A stretch of 64,000 bases of DNA from Thermodesulfobacteriota bacterium (GTDB lineage Bacteria > Desulfobacterota_D > UBA1144 > Nemesobacterales > Mycalebacteriaceae). Below the pieces are notes generated by a model. It did not search any database, was not told where the DNA came from, and worked only from the letters and a program-made list of their open reading frames with translations. The translations under genes were made by a program, and so were the position numbers. The stretch lies in NCBI GenBank assembly GCA_965226585.1, contig OZ245366.1:352001-416000 (forward strand). Reading direction: 5' to 3'. This document shows positions 39,923 to 50,435 of this stretch, piece after piece. Within the stretch, counting starts at the first letter, position 1, and each line of letters opens with the position of its first letter.

Positions 39923-40971
39923 TGCAAACAACACGAAAAATACCCATAACGGTGATAACCGGTTTTCTTGGAGCCGGAAAAACAACCATTGTTCGCAACC
40001 TTCTCTCGCAGACGGGCGGACGGCGTATAACCGTGATTGTCAACGAGTTTGGAGACATCGGAATAGACGGCGAAATAATCAGGGATTCATGCGGTTGTGA
40101 AGAAGGCGAAATTGTTGAACTGAGCAACGGATGCCTCTGCTGTACGGTTCAGGAGGAATTTCTGCCCACAATGACAAAACTTGTTGAGAGAAAAAACGAT
40201 ATTGATCACATCGTGATTGAAACCTCAGGGCTCGCTCTGCCAAAACCCCTTGTCCGTGCCGTTAACTGGCCCGGGCTGAAACCGCATTTTTCCGTTGATT
40301 CCGTTGTGGCGGTTGTTGATGCGGACGGAATGGCGACCGGGGAAATATGCGACAGAAAAAAAATTCAGTCTCAGCGCGAGGCAGACGACTCCCTTGACCA
40401 CGAAACGCCGATTGAAGAATTGTTTTCAGACCAAGTTTCATGCGCGGATATGGTTGTTTTGAATAAATCCGACCTTGTGGGCGAACAAAAACTGGATGAA
40501 ATTGAAAACCTTTTGAGAGATGAAATGAAAGAGGGCGCGGCGGTTGCGCGGGCGCGGATGGGAAATATTTCCCCCGAAATTCTGCTCGGAATAGGAGCCG
40601 CCGCCGAAGATGACCTTGATCCAAGACGTTCCCATCACGAAGACCATCACGAAAACGGGGGCGACCACGAGCACGACGAGGATATTGATTCCGTTGTTGT
40701 GGAAATTAAATCAGACGTTTCACCTGAAGCCCTTATGAGCGCGCTGAAAAAAACAGCCCGCGAGCATGAGATTTACAGAGTGAAAGGATTTATGAAGGTT
40801 TCGGGCAAGCGGATGAGAATGCTTGTTCAGGGAGTGGGAGAGAGATTTGAGGGGTATTTTGACAGACTCTGGAGAGAGGATGAAACCGCGAGAACCCGTC
40901 TGGTTTTTATCGGAAAAAATCTGTCCCTTCTGAATCTCGGCGAAATTGTGGAAAAAAACCTTTCCCGATAA
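39922..40971 (+). CDS. cobW: Cobalamin biosynthesis GTPase CobW (COG0523)
   Basis: GFLGAGKTT, NEFG, GCLCCT, ETSGLALPKPL, His-rich tract. Confidence 0.93.
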   Translation: MQTTRKIPITVITGFLGAGKTTIVRNLLSQTGGRRITVIVNEFGDIGIDGEIIRDSCGCEEGEIVELSNGCLCCTVQEEFLPTMTKLVERKNDIDHIVIETSGLALPKPLVRAVNWPGLKPHFSVDSVVAVVDADGMATGEICDRKKIQSQREADDSLDHETPIEELFSDQVSCADMVVLNKSDLVGEQKLDEIENLLRDEMKEGAAVARARMGNISPEILLGIGAAAEDDLDPRRSHHEDHHENGGDHEHDEDIDSVVVEIKSDVSPEALMSALKKTAREHEIYRVKGFMKVSGKRMRMLVQGVGERFEGYFDRLWREDETARTRLVFIGKNLSLLNLGEIVEKNLSR

Positions 40972-40992
40972 TATTTTTCCGCTTTTGTAAAA

Positions 40993-43900
40993 ATGCATCT
41001 TATAGCCACCATACCGGGCGGATGGAATCCCGGAGATGACGGCGGGGTTTTTCTAATAGACCAGACCCCGGGCGACATCGTATTTCTTTCCGCGGCGGAC
41101 ACGGATATTTTCTGCCTTAATTCCGCCTATCTGAAACTTTCGGACGGCCGGGAACTTCCGTCTCTCAGAATGGCAAACCTTTCGTATTTGAAACGGGAAC
41201 TTTCCGTTGATAATTATGTTGAATCGGTCATCCGTTCCGCGCGCCTTGTAGTTGTCAGAATGCTGGGCGGAAAAAATTATCATCCTTATGTTTGCGACTC
41301 TCTTGAGGCGGAATGCGGAAAAAATAAAACGCCTCTGATTTTTCTCCCCGGAGATGACAGCCCTGATATTGAACTTATGTCTCTCTCCACGGCTCCGCAG
41401 AATTTTGTACAAAAAGCGTTCGGATATTTCTCTTCCGGAGGCCGGAAGAATTTTGAGAATTTTCTCAAACTTGCTCTCAATGATTTTTTTAATGTTTCTT
41501 TTTCCGTGAAAGCCCCCGAAAAAATGCCCGATATTTTTTCACGTGATGTTGCCGGACAAGGCGGCGGGAACTCGAACGCGGCAATTATTGCTTACAGAAG
41601 CCACTACCTTTCCGGAAACCTCTCTCCGGTTGAGACGCTTACGGAAAAACTTTCGGAGCAGGGTTTTAATTCAAAGGCGATTTTTGTGAAAAGCCTCAGA
41701 GAGCGTGAGGATATTGCGGAACTGTCTGAGTTTCTTTCGGGGGGAGAGTTTGACCTGATTTACAACACCACCAGTTTTGCTCTTAAAAGCGCGGCGGAAA
41801 AAAACGGATTTATTTTTGAAGAAAAAGGTGTTCCCGTTCTTCAAACCGTTTTTGCCTCGTGCCCGGAGGAAATGTGGAGGGAAAACCTTTTCGGGCTTTC
41901 CCCCACAGATATGGCGATAAATATAACCCTTCCGGAAATGGACGGGAAAATAGACGCGGGACCCGTCAGTTTCAAACGCGTAGAGGGTAAAGATCCGGGC
42001 ACCGATTCAGAAATAGTGAAAAACCACCCCTACACGGACGGATGCCGCCGCGCGGCGGTTTTCGGAAAAAAATGGATAAATCTCCGCGAAAAAAACAACG
42101 CAGATAAAAAAATAGCCGTCATAATGCCGAACTATCCCTCGCGTGACGGCCGCCTCGCAAACGGCGTTGGGCTTGACACCCCGCAGAGTTGCGTTCGCAT
42201 ACTGAAAAGTCTTGCCGCCGCGGGTTATTCTCCGGGCGCGGATTTTCCGGACAGCGGAGCCGCCCTTATGGACGAAATATCCCGGAAAATCACGAACGAC
42301 CCGGATTTTATGGACTCAAGGGATTGCGGGGTCTTTTTGCCTTTTGACAGTTTTCTTGACCGCTACCGCAAACTTTCAAAAAAACTTCGCGACCGTCTCG
42401 AACAACACTGGGGCGCTCCCGAAAACGATATTCACATAAAAAACGGCGGATTTCCCCTGCCGGGAATTGTGTTGGACAACATCTTCGTATCAATTCAGCC
42501 TGAGAGGGGATACGGGCAGGACATAAAAGCCGTCTATCATTCGCCCGATATTCCGCCGCCTTACCGCTATCTGGCGTTTTATTTCTGGCTTTTTCAAAAC
42601 TTCCGCGCAGACGCGGTTATCCATCTGGGAAAGCACGGAAACCTTGAGTGGCTTCCCGGAAAAAGCGTGGCTCTTGACCCCGAAACGTGCTTTCCGGCGG
42701 CAATTTTTCCTCCGGTTCCCCATTTTTATCCTTTTATCGTCAACGACCCCGGCGAGGGTTCACAGGCGAAAAGGCGGTCGCGCGCCGTGATTATAGACCA
42801 CCTTGTTCCCCCGATGGTGCGAGCTGAATCGTATGGCGACTACCTTCGCCTTGAGCAGTTAATGGATGAGTACTATCAGGCATGGGGGCTCGACCCGCCC
42901 CGCGCGCAGTTTTTGAAGGAGCAAATATCCCGCGCGGTCAGAGAAACATCCCTTTATAAAGACCTCGACTGCGCCCCGGACGATATTGATGAAATCATGA
43001 ACCGTCTGGATGTGTGCCTGTGCGAAATCAAAGAGTCTCAGATACGGGGCGGTTTGCACATTCTGGGGGAGTGTCCGCAGGGCGGGCCGCTTGCCGAGCT
43101 TGTGGTCGCGCTTCACAGAATTCCCTCCGCTTCGGGGCCCGGAATAACGCAGGCGCTCGCGCGGGATATGGGTCTTGACCTTGACCCGCTTGACTGCGAC
43201 TACGGCGCAGAGTTCAACCGCTCCGTTTCAGGAAAGGAGTGCAGAACGGCGGGGGCGGCGGTCGCCGCGCTTGAGGAAACGGCAAAGGATTATGTTTTGC
43301 GCGCCATTGAAAGCGGCTCTGCAGAGTGCGCCGGCAGAGATTTTCCGGAATTCCGTCAGGTTCTTGAGTCCGCGCTTTCAACCACGCTTCCAAACCTGCG
43401 GATGTGTTCCGATGAAATCGGCAACCTGCTTCGCGGTCTGGACGGGGGCTACGTTCCTTCCGGACCCTCAGGCGCGCCCACAAGGGGAAAACCGGAAATT
43501 CTTCCCACCGGCAGAAACTTCCACTCCGTTGACACGAGAGGGCTTCCGACCCGCGCCGCGTACGCGCTTGGGGAAAAAAGCGCGGACTCTCTTGTTGAAA
43601 GACACCTTCAGGAAAACGGCGAATATCCCTCGGCGGTTGGCATATCGGTTTGGGGAACTTCAACAATGCGCACCGGCGCGGACGACATCGCGCAGGCTTT
43701 TGCGCTTATGGGTTTGAGACCCGTCTGGCAGGGGGAAAGCGGAAGAGTTGTGGATTTTGAGGCTCTTTCGCTGAACGAACTGCAAAGGCCCAGAGTGGAC
43801 GTTACGCTCAGAATTTCGGGGTTTTTCAGAGACGCTTTCCCTGACCTCATTTCTCTTTTCAATGCGGCGGTTGAAAAAATTGCCGCGATGGATGATGAGC

Positions 43901-44709
43901 CTGAAAACCTGAACCCCGTGAGGCGGCGGCACTTGCTTGAAAAAACCGAATGGGTGAAGAAAGGGATTGATGAAGAAACCGCGCGGAAACGCTCTCTCTA
44001 CAGGGTTTTCGGTTCAAAACCCGGCTCCTACGGCGCGGGGCTTCAATCCGCGATAGATTCAAAAAACTGGAAGACGCCCGAAGATTTGGCGATGATATAC
44101 GTGAACTGGAGCGGCTACGCGTACGGAAAAGACGGACCCAGTTCCGCCGCCGAAACTTACCGCCGCCGCCTCGCGGGCATGGATGTTGTAATTCAAAATC
44201 AGGACAACCGTGAGCACGATATTCTGGATTCCGATGACTACTACCAGTTTCACGGCGGAATGGCGAATGCGGCGCGCGCGGAAAAGGGTGAGATGCCCGA
44301 AGTGTATTTCGGCGACCACTCAAAACCGGAAACACCGAAAATAAAAACCCTGAAGGAGGAAATCGTCAGGGTTTACCGCTCTCGTGTTGTAAATCCGAAG
44401 TGGATTGAGGCGATGAGGCGGCACGGATATAAAGGTGCTTTTGAGATGGCGGCGACCGTTGACTACCTGTTCGGCTATGACGCCACCACGGGGGTTGTGG
44501 ACGATTTTATCTACGACGGCGTGGCGCAGGCGTATCTTTTTGACGGCGACAACTTTGATTTTCTCAAGAAAAACAACCCTCGCGCCGCGGTTGAGATGGC
44601 GGAGAGAATGCTCGAAGCGGCTCAGCGCGGGATGTGGGAAAACCCCGGAGAAAAAACGCTTGAAAAACTGCGCTCGGTGTTTACCGAAGCCGAAGCCGTG
44701 ACGGAATAA
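40993..44709 (+). CDS. cobN: Cobaltochelatase subunit CobN
   Basis: LPEMDG, NGVGLDTP, HLGKHGNLEWLPGK, GPSGAPTRG, LPTGRNF, DSDDYYQFHGG. Confidence 0.96.
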   Translation: MHLIATIPGGWNPGDDGGVFLIDQTPGDIVFLSAADTDIFCLNSAYLKLSDGRELPSLRMANLSYLKRELSVDNYVESVIRSARLVVVRMLGGKNYHPYVCDSLEAECGKNKTPLIFLPGDDSPDIELMSLSTAPQNFVQKAFGYFSSGGRKNFENFLKLALNDFFNVSFSVKAPEKMPDIFSRDVAGQGGGNSNAAIIAYRSHYLSGNLSPVETLTEKLSEQGFNSKAIFVKSLREREDIAELSEFLSGGEFDLIYNTTSFALKSAAEKNGFIFEEKGVPVLQTVFASCPEEMWRENLFGLSPTDMAINITLPEMDGKIDAGPVSFKRVEGKDPGTDSEIVKNHPYTDGCRRAAVFGKKWINLREKNNADKKIAVIMPNYPSRDGRLANGVGLDTPQSCVRILKSLAAAGYSPGADFPDSGAALMDEISRKITNDPDFMDSRDCGVFLPFDSFLDRYRKLSKKLRDRLEQHWGAPENDIHIKNGGFPLPGIVLDNIFVSIQPERGYGQDIKAVYHSPDIPPPYRYLAFYFWLFQNFRADAVIHLGKHGNLEWLPGKSVALDPETCFPAAIFPPVPHFYPFIVNDPGEGSQAKRRSRAVIIDHLVPPMVRAESYGDYLRLEQLMDEYYQAWGLDPPRAQFLKEQISRAVRETSLYKDLDCAPDDIDEIMNRLDVCLCEIKESQIRGGLHILGECPQGGPLAELVVALHRIPSASGPGITQALARDMGLDLDPLDCDYGAEFNRSVSGKECRTAGAAVAALEETAKDYVLRAIESGSAECAGRDFPEFRQVLESALSTTLPNLRMCSDEIGNLLRGLDGGYVPSGPSGAPTRGKPEILPTGRNFHSVDTRGLPTRAAYALGEKSADSLVERHLQENGEYPSAVGISVWGTSTMRTGADDIAQAFALMGLRPVWQGESGRVVDFEALSLNELQRPRVDVTLRISGFFRDAFPDLISLFNAAVEKIAAMDDEPENLNPVRRRHLLEKTEWVKKGIDEETARKRSLYRVFGSKPGSYGAGLQSAIDSKNWKTPEDLAMIYVNWSGYAYGKDGPSSAAETYRRRLAGMDVVIQNQDNREHDILDSDDYYQFHGGMANAARAEKGEMPEVYFGDHSKPETPKIKTLKEEIVRVYRSRVVNPKWIEAMRRHGYKGAFEMAATVDYLFGYDATTGVVDDFIYDGVAQAYLFDGDNFDFLKKNNPRAAVEMAERMLEAAQRGMWENPGEKTLEKLRSVFTEAEAVTE

Positions 44710-44739
44710 GCTCCCGCTAATTTCATGCGAGAGGGGTTT

Positions 44740-45657
44740 TTAATTCAAAGATTTCCAGAAATCTGAAATTCCATCTTCAATTCCGACTTCAGGTTTCCAT
44801 CCGAGTTTTTTCGCGGCAAGTGAATTATCAAGAAATATCGCGCCTACGTCTCCTTTTTTCGCGCCGGTTTTTTTAACTTTCACCTTTTTGCCGGAAACTG
44901 TTGACAGGATGTCCGTAATTTTATTGACCGAGGTTTCCACGCCCGTAGAGATGTTGAAAATCCCCCCGGGTTTTGAAGCGCAAAGCGCGTTTGCGCGGGC
45001 AACATCCGAGCAGTGAACATAGTCCCTTGTCTGCCCGCCGCTTCCGAACACCGTTGTTTGCGCGCCTTTTTTGTGGTTGCCGCACAAAATCGCCACAATT
45101 CCGGTTTTTTTCTCCGTGTCCTGTCTTTCCCCGTAAACGTTTGAATAGCGGAGCGCGGTGAAATCAACCCCGTGATGCGATTTGAAAAAGCGCAGGTAGT
45201 ATTCAACGCACAGTTTTGCGGTTCCGTACGGCGATTGTGGATTCGGCTCCGCATCCTCGCCTGCGGGCGGGCGGGCGACTTCGCCGTAAACCGCGCCGCT
45301 TGAGGCAAAGATAAATTTCCCCGTCCCCCGCTCCGCGCACAGGCTCAACAAGTTGAGGGAGCCGGTGATGTTTATGTCCGCGTCAAGGGCGGGATTTTCC
45401 GCTGAAACCCTCACGTCTATTTGCGCGGCGTGATGATTTACCAGTTCCGGCTTGAAAGATGAAAATATTTTTTTCATCCCGGCGGAGTCTCTTATGTCGT
45501 ACTTTTCAAATCTCGCCCCGGGCGGGATGCTTTCCTCCTTTCCCGAAGAAAGGTTGTCAACAATTAAAACCTCGTGACCGTCTTCAACATATTTGCGGGA
45601 AATATGTGAGCCGATGAAACCCGCGCCTCCCGTAAGCAGTATTCTCATTTTTTCCAC
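44740..45657 (-). CDS. NAD-dependent epimerase/dehydratase (UDP-glucose 4-epimerase-like)
   Basis: GGAGFIGSH and YGTAK; the protein reads from the reverse complement of 45657 downward, so the ORF track's + label is wrong. Confidence 0.92.
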   Translation of the reverse strand: MEKMRILLTGGAGFIGSHISRKYVEDGHEVLIVDNLSSGKEESIPPGARFEKYDIRDSAGMKKIFSSFKPELVNHHAAQIDVRVSAENPALDADINITGSLNLLSLCAERGTGKFIFASSGAVYGEVARPPAGEDAEPNPQSPYGTAKLCVEYYLRFFKSHHGVDFTALRYSNVYGERQDTEKKTGIVAILCGNHKKGAQTTVFGSGGQTRDYVHCSDVARANALCASKPGGIFNISTGVETSVNKITDILSTVSGKKVKVKKTGAKKGDVGAIFLDNSLAAKKLGWKPEVGIEDGISDFWKSLN

Positions 45658-45698
45658 ACCAATTTGGACTGACCCTTTCCGTTTGTATTCAAAAACTA

Positions 45699-45782
<84 letters not shown>

Positions 45783-45905
45783 TTGCGCGGACATTTTAAC
45801 GGAAGCGTTTTGCCGGAAGCAACCTTCACGCTGTCCGGGCGGTTGCGTGAGCAAGCGATTATAACACGGCGGAGATGTTTTTTCGCGCGACCCGAAAAAC
45901 AGTTC

Positions 45906-45933
45906 TTGACAACAACCCGCTGGTGATTATCTT
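45906..45933 (+). promoter_or_regulatory. sigma70-type promoter for groESL
   Basis: TTGACA-N16-TATCTT. Confidence 0.55.
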
Positions 45934-46023
45934 TAGGTTTGTCTCAGGGCGGGTGAGTGGTTTTGCTTTACGCATTAGCGACGTCCTGCAACAGAAAAAC
46001 ATATTTCAGGAGGGCAAGCGACA

Positions 46024-46323
46024 ATGGCTTCAAAGGTAAAGTTTAGGCCGCTTCACGACAAGGTTCTTGTAAAAAGGCTGGAAGGAGAAGAGACAACCGC
46101 CGGGGGAATTATCATCCCGGACACTGCTCAGGAGCAGTCTCAGGAGGGCAAAGTGGTAGCGGTTGGCAACGGTGCAATCGGTGATGACGGCAAAGTCAGA
46201 AAACTTGACGTAAAGCCGGGGGACAGCGTTCTCTTCAGCAAATACGGCGGAACCGACATCAACATAGAAGGCGAAAGCTACATTGTGATGAAAGAGGAAG
46301 ACATACTTGCCGTTATCGCCTAG
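46024..46323 (+). CDS. groES: Co-chaperonin GroES
   Basis: [33 protein letters not shown]. Confidence 0.97.
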   Translation: MASKVKFRPLHDKVLVKRLEGEETTAGGIIIPDTAQEQSQEGKVVAVGNGAIGDDGKVRKLDVKPGDSVLFSKYGGTDINIEGESYIVMKEEDILAVIA

Positions 46324-46359
46324 GCGGTCGCGAGCAGTTCCAACAAAGGAGGGAAACAA

Positions 46360-48009
46360 ATGTCTGTAAAAAACATTGAATTCAACAGAGAAGCTCAGAA
46401 TCTTATTATGAGCGGTGTTAACAAACTTGCCAACGCCGTAAAGGTGACGCTCGGGCCCAGAGGCAGAAACGTGCTTATGGAGAAACCGTTCGGCGCTCCC
46501 AACGTTACAAAAGACGGAGTGAGTGTGGCAAAGGAAATAGAACTTGAGGACAAGTTTGAGAACATGGGAGCGCAGATGGTCAAAGAAGTCGCTTCAAAAA
46601 CAAGTGACGTTGCCGGAGACGGAACCACAACCGCGACTGTTCTCGCTCAGTCCATAGTTAGGGAAGGCACAAAACTCGTTGCCGCCGGGCACGACCCCAT
46701 GAAACTTAAAAGGGGAATTGACAAGGCGGTTGAGGTTGTTGTTGAAAGCATCAGAAAACTCAGCAAACAGACCAAAGACAAGACCGAGATTTTTCAGGTT
46801 GCCACTATTTCCGCAAACGGCGATGAAGAAATAGGAAACAAAATCGCGGACGCGATGGAGCAGGTTGGAAAAGACGGCGTTATAACCGTTGAAGAGGGCA
46901 GAAGCCTTGACACGGAGCTTGAGGTTGTTGAGGGAATGCAGTTCGACAGGGGATATCTCAGCCCCTATTTCGTAACGGATTCCGAAAGGATGCTCGTTGA
47001 GCTTGAAGACCCGCTAATCCTTCTTTTTGACAAGAAAATAGCGAACATGAAAGACCTTGTCCCTCTTCTTGAAGAGGTCGCGAGGAGTTCCAGTCCGCTT
47101 CTTATCATATCGGAAGACGTTGAGGGCGAAGCCCTTGCGACTCTCGTTGTGAACAAGATACGGGGAACCCTTAAAGCTGCCGCCGTCAAGGCGCCCGGAT
47201 TTGGCGACAGACGCAAGGCGATGGTAGAAGACATAGGCGTTCTGACCGGAGGAAACGTTATCTCCGAAGAGGCGGGCATGAAGCTTGAAACCGCCACAGT
47301 TGCCGACCTTGGCAAGGCGAAAAAGGTTGTCATAGACAAGGACAACACAACTATCGTCAGCGGCGCGGGCAAGAAAGCCGACATAAGCGGCAGAATCAAC
47401 CAGATAAGAGGCCAGATAGAGACGGCGAGCGGTGAGTACGACAGGGAGAAACTTCAGGAAAGACTTGCCAAACTTGCGGGCGGTGTCGCCGTTATCCGTG
47501 TAGGAGCGGCAACCGAGGCCGAGATGAAAGAGAAAAAAGACAGGGTTGAAGACGCCCTGAACGCGACCCGCGCGGCCGTTGAAGAGGGAATAGTTCCCGG
47601 CGGCGGCGTTGCGCTTGTCCGCTCCATTGAGAAGGTTGAAAGTTTCTCAGGGGCGGATGAAGAGGAGCAGGCGGGCGTGAACATCGTCAAGAGAGCGCTT
47701 GAAGAGCCGCTCAGGGAGATTGCCGCAAACGCCGGATGGGACGGCTCAATAGTCGTTCAGAAGGTCAGGGAAGGCAAGGCATCCTTCGGTTTTGACGCCG
47801 CCTCTCTTCAGTACAGGGATATGCTTGAAGCGGGAATTGTTGACCCCTCAAAGGTCACCAGGTCATGCATTCAGAACGCCGCCAGCGTGGCGGGGCTTCT
47901 GCTTACAACGGAAGCACTGATTGCGGACGCCCCCGCTCCGCCGGAACCGGCAATGGGCGGCGCCCCCCCGATGACGGGAGGTCCCGGAGGAATTGGCGGA
48001 ATGATGTAA
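46360..48009 (+). CDS. groL: Chaperonin GroEL
   Basis: [24 protein letters not shown], Gly/Met-rich tail. Confidence 0.98.
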   Translation: MSVKNIEFNREAQNLIMSGVNKLANAVKVTLGPRGRNVLMEKPFGAPNVTKDGVSVAKEIELEDKFENMGAQMVKEVASKTSDVAGDGTTTATVLAQSIVREGTKLVAAGHDPMKLKRGIDKAVEVVVESIRKLSKQTKDKTEIFQVATISANGDEEIGNKIADAMEQVGKDGVITVEEGRSLDTELEVVEGMQFDRGYLSPYFVTDSERMLVELEDPLILLFDKKIANMKDLVPLLEEVARSSSPLLIISEDVEGEALATLVVNKIRGTLKAAAVKAPGFGDRRKAMVEDIGVLTGGNVISEEAGMKLETATVADLGKAKKVVIDKDNTTIVSGAGKKADISGRINQIRGQIETASGEYDREKLQERLAKLAGGVAVIRVGAATEAEMKEKKDRVEDALNATRAAVEEGIVPGGGVALVRSIEKVESFSGADEEEQAGVNIVKRALEEPLREIAANAGWDGSIVVQKVREGKASFGFDAASLQYRDMLEAGIVDPSKVTRSCIQNAASVAGLLLTTEALIADAPAPPEPAMGGAPPMTGGPGGIGGMM

Positions 48010-48032
48010 TTCCCCTTTTGGACGGGTAGTAT

Positions 48033-48071
48033 AAAAACCGGTGTCGCTTCAAAGGCGGCGCCGGTTTTTTT
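48033..48071 (+). terminator. Rho-independent terminator after groEL
   Basis: ACCGGTGTCGCTT-CAA-AGGCGGCGCCGGT stem followed by T run. Confidence 0.85.
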
Positions 48072-48095
48072 ACAAAACTGAGAGGAGTTAAAGAT

Positions 48096-49331
48096 ATGTC
48101 ATCAAAAACCGGTAAATTTCTTCTCCCCGCGATTCTGGCGGGAGTGGTTCTGGGAATAGTTTCGGGAACGGTTTTCCCTGAATTCAGCGTATCGGTCGGA
48201 TTTGTCGGAGACCTTTTTCTCGACTTGCTCAAGATGATGGTTATTCCGCTTGTGGTTGTCAGCATAACGTTGGGCGTTATGAAACTGCGGGATTTCAAAG
48301 CGGTGGGCGCAAAGACTCTTCTCTACTACATGATTACCACCGCTATCTCCGTTTCCATAGGCATAGCGGTTGTGTCTCTGCTCCATCCCGGCGATCCGGG
48401 CACTCTTGGAACCATGACGGAGGAGATGAAGTCTCAGGCGGCTTTGCAGGTTGAGGGCAAAAGCGCGGGACCCGAAGAGATACTGCAAAGCATGGTAACG
48501 CCCAATATTTTCAAGTCCGCCGCAGAGTTTCAAATACTTCCTTTGATAGTTTTCTCTCTGCTTTTCGGTCTGGCTCTGGCGCGAATGGGAGAGCGGGCGT
48601 CGCAGCCGATTGAGTCGCTTCTTGTGTCTCTTGACGGGGCGATAATGAAACTGGTTCACTGGATAATAAACCTCACTCCGGCGGGTGTTGCCTGTATAAT
48701 CGCGGCGCGAATAGGCGAAGCGGGAGGCGGAGACGCGCTTTTCGCGATGGCGGCGGGAATAGGCAAGTATATGCTCGCGGTGATAGCGGGGCTCGGAATT
48801 CACGGTCTTGTGGTTTTGCCCCTTGCGCTTATTGTTTTCGCGCGCAGAAATCCGGTTCATTACCTGAGGCACATGAGCAAGGCGCTTCTTACGGCTTTTT
48901 CCACGGCATCATCTTCGGCAACCCTTCCGCTTACCATGACCAGCGCCGTTGAAGACGCGAAAGTGTCTCCCAGGGTGGGGAATTTCGTTCTGCCGCTCGG
49001 CGCAACCGTGAATATGGACGGCACGGCTCTCTACGAGGCGGTCGCGGTTATATTCATAGCGCAGGTTTACGCGGTTCCTCTTGACCCGTCGCAACTTGTC
49101 ATAATATTTCTGACGGCAACCCTTGCCGCCATCGGGGCGGCGGGAATACCGGAGGCGGGGCTTGTTACAATGGTTATTGTCCTCTCAAGCGTCGGGCTTC
49201 CGCTTGAGGGAATAGGGCTTCTCCTGTCCGTTGACTGGCTTCTTGACCGTTTCAGGACCACCGTCAACGTCTGGGGAGACAGCGTTGGAGCGGCGGTTAT
49301 TGACAGAACAACGGTTTCGCAGTCAATGTAG
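48096..49331 (+). CDS. Dicarboxylate/amino acid:cation symporter (SDF/GltP family)
   Basis: AFSTASSSATLP, GATVNMDGT, DRFRTTVNVWGD. Confidence 0.94.
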   Translation: MSSKTGKFLLPAILAGVVLGIVSGTVFPEFSVSVGFVGDLFLDLLKMMVIPLVVVSITLGVMKLRDFKAVGAKTLLYYMITTAISVSIGIAVVSLLHPGDPGTLGTMTEEMKSQAALQVEGKSAGPEEILQSMVTPNIFKSAAEFQILPLIVFSLLFGLALARMGERASQPIESLLVSLDGAIMKLVHWIINLTPAGVACIIAARIGEAGGGDALFAMAAGIGKYMLAVIAGLGIHGLVVLPLALIVFARRNPVHYLRHMSKALLTAFSTASSSATLPLTMTSAVEDAKVSPRVGNFVLPLGATVNMDGTALYEAVAVIFIAQVYAVPLDPSQLVIIFLTATLAAIGAAGIPEAGLVTMVIVLSSVGLPLEGIGLLLSVDWLLDRFRTTVNVWGDSVGAAVIDRTTVSQSM

Positions 49332-49351
49332 ACATGTCTGGAGCAGAGTAA

Positions 49352-50416
49352 ATGATGGATATAGGCGGTTTTCTTGAATCCTTTCAGGGCGGCGTTTTCT
49401 ATGCTTACACGCTTCCGGTTGTCGCGGTTGCGGTTTCGTTTTTCTTTCTTGTTTTTACCGCCAAATATCTGACCACACGCCTGAAAAGGGCGGCCGCCAA
49501 AACGGAAAACACGTTTGACGACATGATTGCCGACATATTGGACGGCACTAACCGCTTTTTCCTGCTCGCAGTTTCGCTTTACATCGGCTCTCAATTTCTT
49601 GAGCCGGGAAGGAACAAAGAGTTCTGGGAAACAATTATCGGCGCTTTTCTGATTTTTCAAACGGTCAGACTGCTTGAAAAAGTGGCGCAGTATTACACGG
49701 AGCGTCTTTACAAAAGCTGGGGCATCACCGTAACGCAGGCAAATGTCGCGGTTTTTTTCCTGCGCATTATTCTGTGGTTCTTTGCGGCCATGGTTGTTCT
49801 TGAAAACCTCGGAATCCGCGTAACGCCTCTTCTTGCCGGTCTTGGAATAGGCGGAATAGCCATCGCTCTTGCCGTCCAGAATGTTCTCGGCGAGCTTATT
49901 GCCTCCCTTTCGATAATAGTGGACAAGCCTTTTGTTGTGGGAGATTTTATAGTTGTCGGCGGTTTCAGGGGAGAGGTTGAAAAAATCGGATTCAAAACAA
50001 CCCGCATCCGTAGCGTTTCAGGCGAACTGGTGGTTTTTTCAAACAACCAGCTGGTCAGCAACACGATACAAAACTATAAAAACCTTCCGCGCCGCCGCAG
50101 TTTCTCCACTCTGGGAGTCGTTTATGAAACAGACGCCGGAAAACTGAAGCGGATTCCTGAGATAATAAAAGATATAATAGACAGGCATCCCAAGACTGAA
50201 TATGAAAGGGTGCATTTTGTGGATTTCGCGGATTTTTCACTTAATTTTGAAGTTGCCTACTATGTTCTCACAAGCGAATATATTGAATATCTTGACACCC
50301 GGCAGCAAATCAATTTGGAAATAATTGAGAAGTTTCGCGCCGCAAATATTGAGTTTGCATACCCGACTCAAACACTGTTTGCAGGCAATGCGGTTGATGT
50401 CAGGGTAAAAAATTAA
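49352..50416 (+). CDS. MscS-family mechanosensitive channel
   Basis: LAGLGIGGIAIALAVQ, DKPFVVGD, IEFAYPTQT. Confidence 0.93.
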   Translation: MMDIGGFLESFQGGVFYAYTLPVVAVAVSFFFLVFTAKYLTTRLKRAAAKTENTFDDMIADILDGTNRFFLLAVSLYIGSQFLEPGRNKEFWETIIGAFLIFQTVRLLEKVAQYYTERLYKSWGITVTQANVAVFFLRIILWFFAAMVVLENLGIRVTPLLAGLGIGGIAIALAVQNVLGELIASLSIIVDKPFVVGDFIVVGGFRGEVEKIGFKTTRIRSVSGELVVFSNNQLVSNTIQNYKNLPRRRSFSTLGVVYETDAGKLKRIPEIIKDIIDRHPKTEYERVHFVDFADFSLNFEVAYYVLTSEYIEYLDTRQQINLEIIEKFRAANIEFAYPTQTLFAGNAVDVRVKN

Positions 50417-50435
50417 AACGCGGAGGCTGTTCAAG

